Notes under the pieces: generated by a model
The model's database searches: none
Seen by the model: only the letters and a program-made list of their open reading frames with translations
Told to the model about the DNA's origin: nothing
Program-made: the position numbers and the translations under genes
Shown here: positions 60,852 through 64,000 of the stretch, piece after piece
Layout: every line of letters starts with the position of its first letter
How positions within the stretch are numbered: position 1 is the first letter of the stretch
Assembly: GCA_050955105.1 (NCBI GenBank)
Contig: JBPBQZ010000002.1
Location: 3,206 to 67,205 of the forward strand
Length of the DNA stretch: 64,000 bases
Origin: Janthinobacterium lividum
GTDB lineage: Bacteria; Pseudomonadota; Gammaproteobacteria; Burkholderiales; Burkholderiaceae
Direction: 5' to 3'

Positions 60852-61060
60852 CGAGACCTCCGGAAGACGCTTCGGACCCCGCCCTGGCCGGTCTGCGCCG
60901 TGTCGAGTTTTAGACGACCCCACCGACAAACTGTCGCATTATAGGCGGGTTGTCGGAACGCGACAAGCGACGCGCCAAGCGCTTAAAAGCCCCGCCAATC
61001 GTGCATTCTGCGGCGTTTTGTCACACCCGCGAAGTGCGTTCCCAGTGCTCCCTGAAAAGC

Positions 61061-62038
61061 TCAGCGGCGCGCCCGCCGCCCCCCGATATCTTCCGGCCGA
61101 ACGATCGCGTGCTCGCCCTGGCCGCCGCGGCTTTCGCGCTTCCACGCGTGTCCATAAATGATTTCAAAAGTCAGCGCGAGCGTGCCGTCCGCACGGCGTT
61201 GTGACTCCAGTGCTGCCAACAAGGCCCGATATTCGCGTTTGCCCGCAAGTCCGATGGCCGGCAGCGGCGCGCTGGGCGCGGCGAGTTGCCGATGGGCCGG
61301 AAATGCGCCCCAACGCCTGACGTCCGCCAACAGCGATGCCGGCGTCTGGTAGGTAATCGTGAGGGTCTCCATATCCATCACCGGCGCATCGAAGCCGCCA
61401 TTGACCAGCATGTCACCGTAGTCATGCATATCGACGAAATCGAGCACTCTCACGTCTAGCGCACCGACGCTCGCGGCCGCCGCGCGCAGTTCGCGCAAGG
61501 AATCGGGTCCGAGCGTGCTGAACATCAACAGTCCTTTGGTGGTCAGCAGGCGCTCCCAGCGTGGGAACACCGCCTCGACTTCCGCGCGCCAATGCAGTGC
61601 GCAGTTCGACCAGATCAAATCGAAGCTGCCGGCAGCGAACGGCGGATCGGCTAGATCAGCCTGCACGATGCGACCTTCGTGCTCGGGACGCCAGACCTGT
61701 GTCGCGGCGTTGAGCCAGCGGCGTAACGCGCCGCCGGCTTGACGCGTCGCGTCGGTCAGTCGCGCCGTGGCAAGCCGCGCCATGCGACCGGACAGTTCGA
61801 GGCCGAAGATTTCCGCGGCCGGATATCGGGCCGCGAGCGCCAGCAGGTCCGCACCGGGACCGCAGCCCGCATCCAGCACCCGCGCCGGCTCCATCTTGAT
61901 GTAGTCGAGGCGTTCGCCCATCCGCTGCGCGATTTCGCGCGTCAAGAAAGACACATCGGCGAACGTCGCGGCGCGCCGGTCGAAGATTTGCCTGACCTGA
62001 CGCAAATGCTGCGCAGCCGGATCGTTGTCGTTAGCCAT
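61061..62038 (-). CDS. Class I SAM-dependent methyltransferase (BioC-like)
   Basis: The protein has FDRRAATFADVSFLTREIAQRM and motif I VLDAGCGPGADL. It is divergent from comF. Confidence 0.75.
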   Translation of the reverse strand: MANDNDPAAQHLRQVRQIFDRRAATFADVSFLTREIAQRMGERLDYIKMEPARVLDAGCGPGADLLALAARYPAAEIFGLELSGRMARLATARLTDATRQAGGALRRWLNAATQVWRPEHEGRIVQADLADPPFAAGSFDLIWSNCALHWRAEVEAVFPRWERLLTTKGLLMFSTLGPDSLRELRAAAASVGALDVRVLDFVDMHDYGDMLVNGGFDAPVMDMETLTITYQTPASLLADVRRWGAFPAHRQLAAPSAPLPAIGLAGKREYRALLAALESQRRADGTLALTFEIIYGHAWKRESRGGQGEHAIVRPEDIGGRRARR

Positions 62039-62116
62039 TCGGATAGGTGGGCGGAGAGAGGTTGCGAAGTATACTAGCGGCCGCTATTCGTTCTTCGTTT
62101 TCAAGCTTTTCATCTC

Positions 62117-62974
62117 ATGCAGAGCAGCGCCCTTCGAATCCAGGCCTGGCTGAGTTCATTGCTCGGCCGGCTACTGCCGGGACGCTGCCCTTTGTGCGCC
62201 GCGCACACGGCCTGCGTTATCTGCGAACGATGTTCGGCCTTCTGGCCGACGCACCACGACGTCGATACACGATGCCCGGTGTGTGCGATGCCGGTATGTG
62301 CAACGATGCTGCCCACAAGGCCCATCGGCGGCGCGTCGAGCCCGCCGGCGCGCGAGGTTTCTGAACGCCGCTCACCTTGTTGGCAGTGCCTGGCGCAAGC
62401 ACCCGCGTTCGATGCCACATTGGCGCTGGCGGACTACCGCTATCCGCTGGACAGTCTGGTGCTGGCGCTGAAATTCGAGGGCAAATTGAGCATCGCGGCA
62501 GAGTTCGGCAGACGACTCGCCGAGCGCTGGCGCGCGGCCCAGGCACCGTTGTCCCAGTCATCGGCGGCGGCGACCGTCGATCCGCGCGAAGCCGCGCCAC
62601 AACTGGTACTGCCGGTGCCGCTGGGCGCAGCGCGGCTGGTCGAGCGCGGCTACAACCAATCGTGGGCCATCGCCCGCACGTTCGCGCGTCATGCTGGCTT
62701 GCCGAGCAGCGCGCGGCTACTTGAGAGGCGACGTGAAACACCCTCGCAAATGCGTGCCACGGCGAGCGAACGGCGCGCGAACATGCATGGCGCCTTCGCC
62801 GTGGGCGGTGGCTCGGCATGCAGTCGTCTGCGTGGTGCCCACTTGATCGTGGTCGACGACGTCATGACGACGGGCGCCACCTTGCACGCCATTGCCGAGA
62901 CCTTGAAACAAGCGGGCGCCGCGCGCGTCTCGAACGTCGTGGCGCTGCGAACGCCGCTAACCCCACCATACTGA
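62117..62974 (+). CDS. ComF-family protein (phosphoribosyltransferase domain)
   Basis: The N-terminal Cys pairs (CPLCAA...CERC, CPVC...CWQC) are followed by the PRTase motif LIVVDDVMTTGATL. Confidence 0.8.
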   Translation: MQSSALRIQAWLSSLLGRLLPGRCPLCAAHTACVICERCSAFWPTHHDVDTRCPVCAMPVCATMLPTRPIGGASSPPAREVSERRSPCWQCLAQAPAFDATLALADYRYPLDSLVLALKFEGKLSIAAEFGRRLAERWRAAQAPLSQSSAAATVDPREAAPQLVLPVPLGAARLVERGYNQSWAIARTFARHAGLPSSARLLERRRETPSQMRATASERRANMHGAFAVGGGSACSRLRGAHLIVVDDVMTTGATLHAIAETLKQAGAARVSNVVALRTPLTPPY

Positions 62975-62984
62975 CGGCCATCCC

Positions 62985-63455
62985 ATGTTCAACGTTGTGT
63001 TGGTTCATCCGGAAATCCCACCGAACACCGGCAATGTCATCCGGCTGTGCGCCAACACGGGCGCCGCCCTGCATTTGATCGAACCGCTCGGCTTTCCTCT
63101 CGACGACGCGCGCATGCGCCGCGCCGGCCTCGATTACCACGAGATCGCCAGCCTGCATGTCCATGCGGGGTGGGATGCGTTCCTGAAGCGCGAACAGCCC
63201 GAAGCGACGCGTACCTTCGCGCTCACGACAAAAGGCAGCGCGCCACTCGGCACACAGCGCTTCGAGGCTGGGGATTGGTTTTTGTTCGGATCGGAGACGA
63301 GCGGTCTGCCACCGCAGTTGCTGGAAACCATCGCAGTCGGCAACCGCGTACGGCTACCGATGCGCGCGGGCAACCGCAGCCTGAATTTATCGAATGCGGT
63401 AGCAGTGGTGGTTTTCGAAGCCTGGCGACAACACGCTTATTCGGGCGGCAGTTGA
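62985..63455 (+). CDS. trmL: tRNA (cytidine/uridine34-2'-O)-methyltransferase, SpoU/TrmH family
   Basis: The protein has MFNVVLVHPEIPPNTGNVIRLCANTGAALHLIEPLGF and LNLSNAVAVVVFEAWRQ. Confidence 0.9.
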   Translation: MFNVVLVHPEIPPNTGNVIRLCANTGAALHLIEPLGFPLDDARMRRAGLDYHEIASLHVHAGWDAFLKREQPEATRTFALTTKGSAPLGTQRFEAGDWFLFGSETSGLPPQLLETIAVGNRVRLPMRAGNRSLNLSNAVAVVVFEAWRQHAYSGGS

Positions 63456-64000
63456 TCAGGCGGCGCCGACACCAGGCGTTTCACCGAATTCAGACTTGGC
63501 CTCGCGACTCAAAAGTGACTTGACCGCCACGCTGGGCAGCCGGCCTTCGAATAAAACCTGGCAGACGCTCTCGGCAATCGGCATTTCAACGCGATAGTCG
63601 CGTGCCAGTGCGCGCACGGCCGACGCGCAGAGCACGCCTTCGGCGACATGCCCGAGATCAGCCAGAATCGCGGGCAACGCTTCACCGCCAGCCAGGCGCA
63701 TTCCCACTTGGCGGTTGCGCGACAGGTCGCCGGTGGCAGTGAGCACCAAGTCGCCGAGCCCGGTCAAACCGGTAAAGGTATCGGCAACCGCGCCCAACGC
63801 AACGCCCAGGCGGGTCATCTCGGCCAGTCCACGCGTGATCAACGCCGCGCGCGCATTCAAACCAAGCGACAGGCCGTCGGCGATACCGATTGCGATCGCC
63901 AGCACATTCTTCACCGCCGCGCCGGTCTCGACGCCTGTCAGATCTTCGCAGGTATAGATGCGCAACGGCCCGTGATGAAAAGCTTGTACCGTGCGTTCGC
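63456..64000 (-). CDS. gpsA: NAD(P)H-dependent glycerol-3-phosphate dehydrogenase, N-terminal part outside the window
   Basis: The protein has [22 protein letters not shown] and [11 protein letters not shown]. The reading frame stays open to the window end. Confidence 0.9.
   Translation of the reverse strand, partial: ERTVQAFHHGPLRIYTCEDLTGVETGAAVKNVLAIAIGIADGLSLGLNARAALITRGLAEMTRLGVALGAVADTFTGLTGLGDLVLTATGDLSRNRQVGMRLAGGEALPAILADLGHVAEGVLCASAVRALARDYRVEMPIAESVCQVLFEGRLPSVAVKSLLSREAKSEFGETPGVGAA

Overview
This is a GC-rich proteobacterial chromosome segment. Gene content and order suggest Betaproteobacteria, order Burkholderiales; this is an inference from synteny, with no search run. I call about 70 protein-coding genes and one tRNA-Gln. 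I saw no rRNA, CRISPR array, transposase/IS, integrase or phage genes.

Layout:
- 1-10.7 kb is a loosely accessory, catabolic and transport stretch. It holds a CitE-like acyl-CoA lyase with a MaoC-like hydratase, two transporters, a decayed Zn-dehydrogenase gene, an exported MBL-fold hydrolase, an MDR oxidoreductase, a Pr6Pr membrane protein, and a hydroxyquinol dioxygenase with maleylacetate reductase.
- 10.7-47 kb is core housekeeping: ssb / MFS / uvrA; purU; a CPA2 antiporter; kdsD-kdsC-lptC-lptA-lptB-rpoN-hpf, then ptsN-hprK-rapZ; mutY-mutM; TPR-lolB-ispE-tRNA-Gln-prs-rplY-pth; fdx-coaD-rsmD; ftsY; a TrpD2-like gene; leuA; rpoH.
- 47-64 kb is a respiratory block followed by a few further genes. 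The block is cydP-like/cydA/cydB/cydX, convergent on a complete aa3-type cytochrome c oxidase structural and assembly cluster (ctaC, ctaD, small assembly protein, DUF2970, ctaE, DUF2909, SURF1, SCO-like, ctaA, ctaB/cyoE, SCO1). It is followed by a BioC-like methyltransferase, comF, trmL and partial gpsA.

I did not find a convincing new multi-gene system such as a defence island or mobile element. The best leads are local:
1. A near-consensus promoter plus a Leu-rich mini-ORF with rare Leu codons upstream of leuA, a possible attenuation leader.
2. An exported lipoprotein with a ParB-like nuclease-type domain.
3. An aa3 oxidase cluster that lacks Cox11/CtaG at its usual position but carries a second, divergent SCO-like protein.
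4. Small cyd-associated ORFs missed or mis-extended by the ORF track (cydX, cydP-like).
5. An in-frame-deleted dehydrogenase remnant.
6. Two perfect 18-bp palindromes sharing a TGCGCA core.

All family assignments come from reading the translations and from motif memory, not from searches. The many long ORFs antisense to real genes are treated as GC-composition artefacts.
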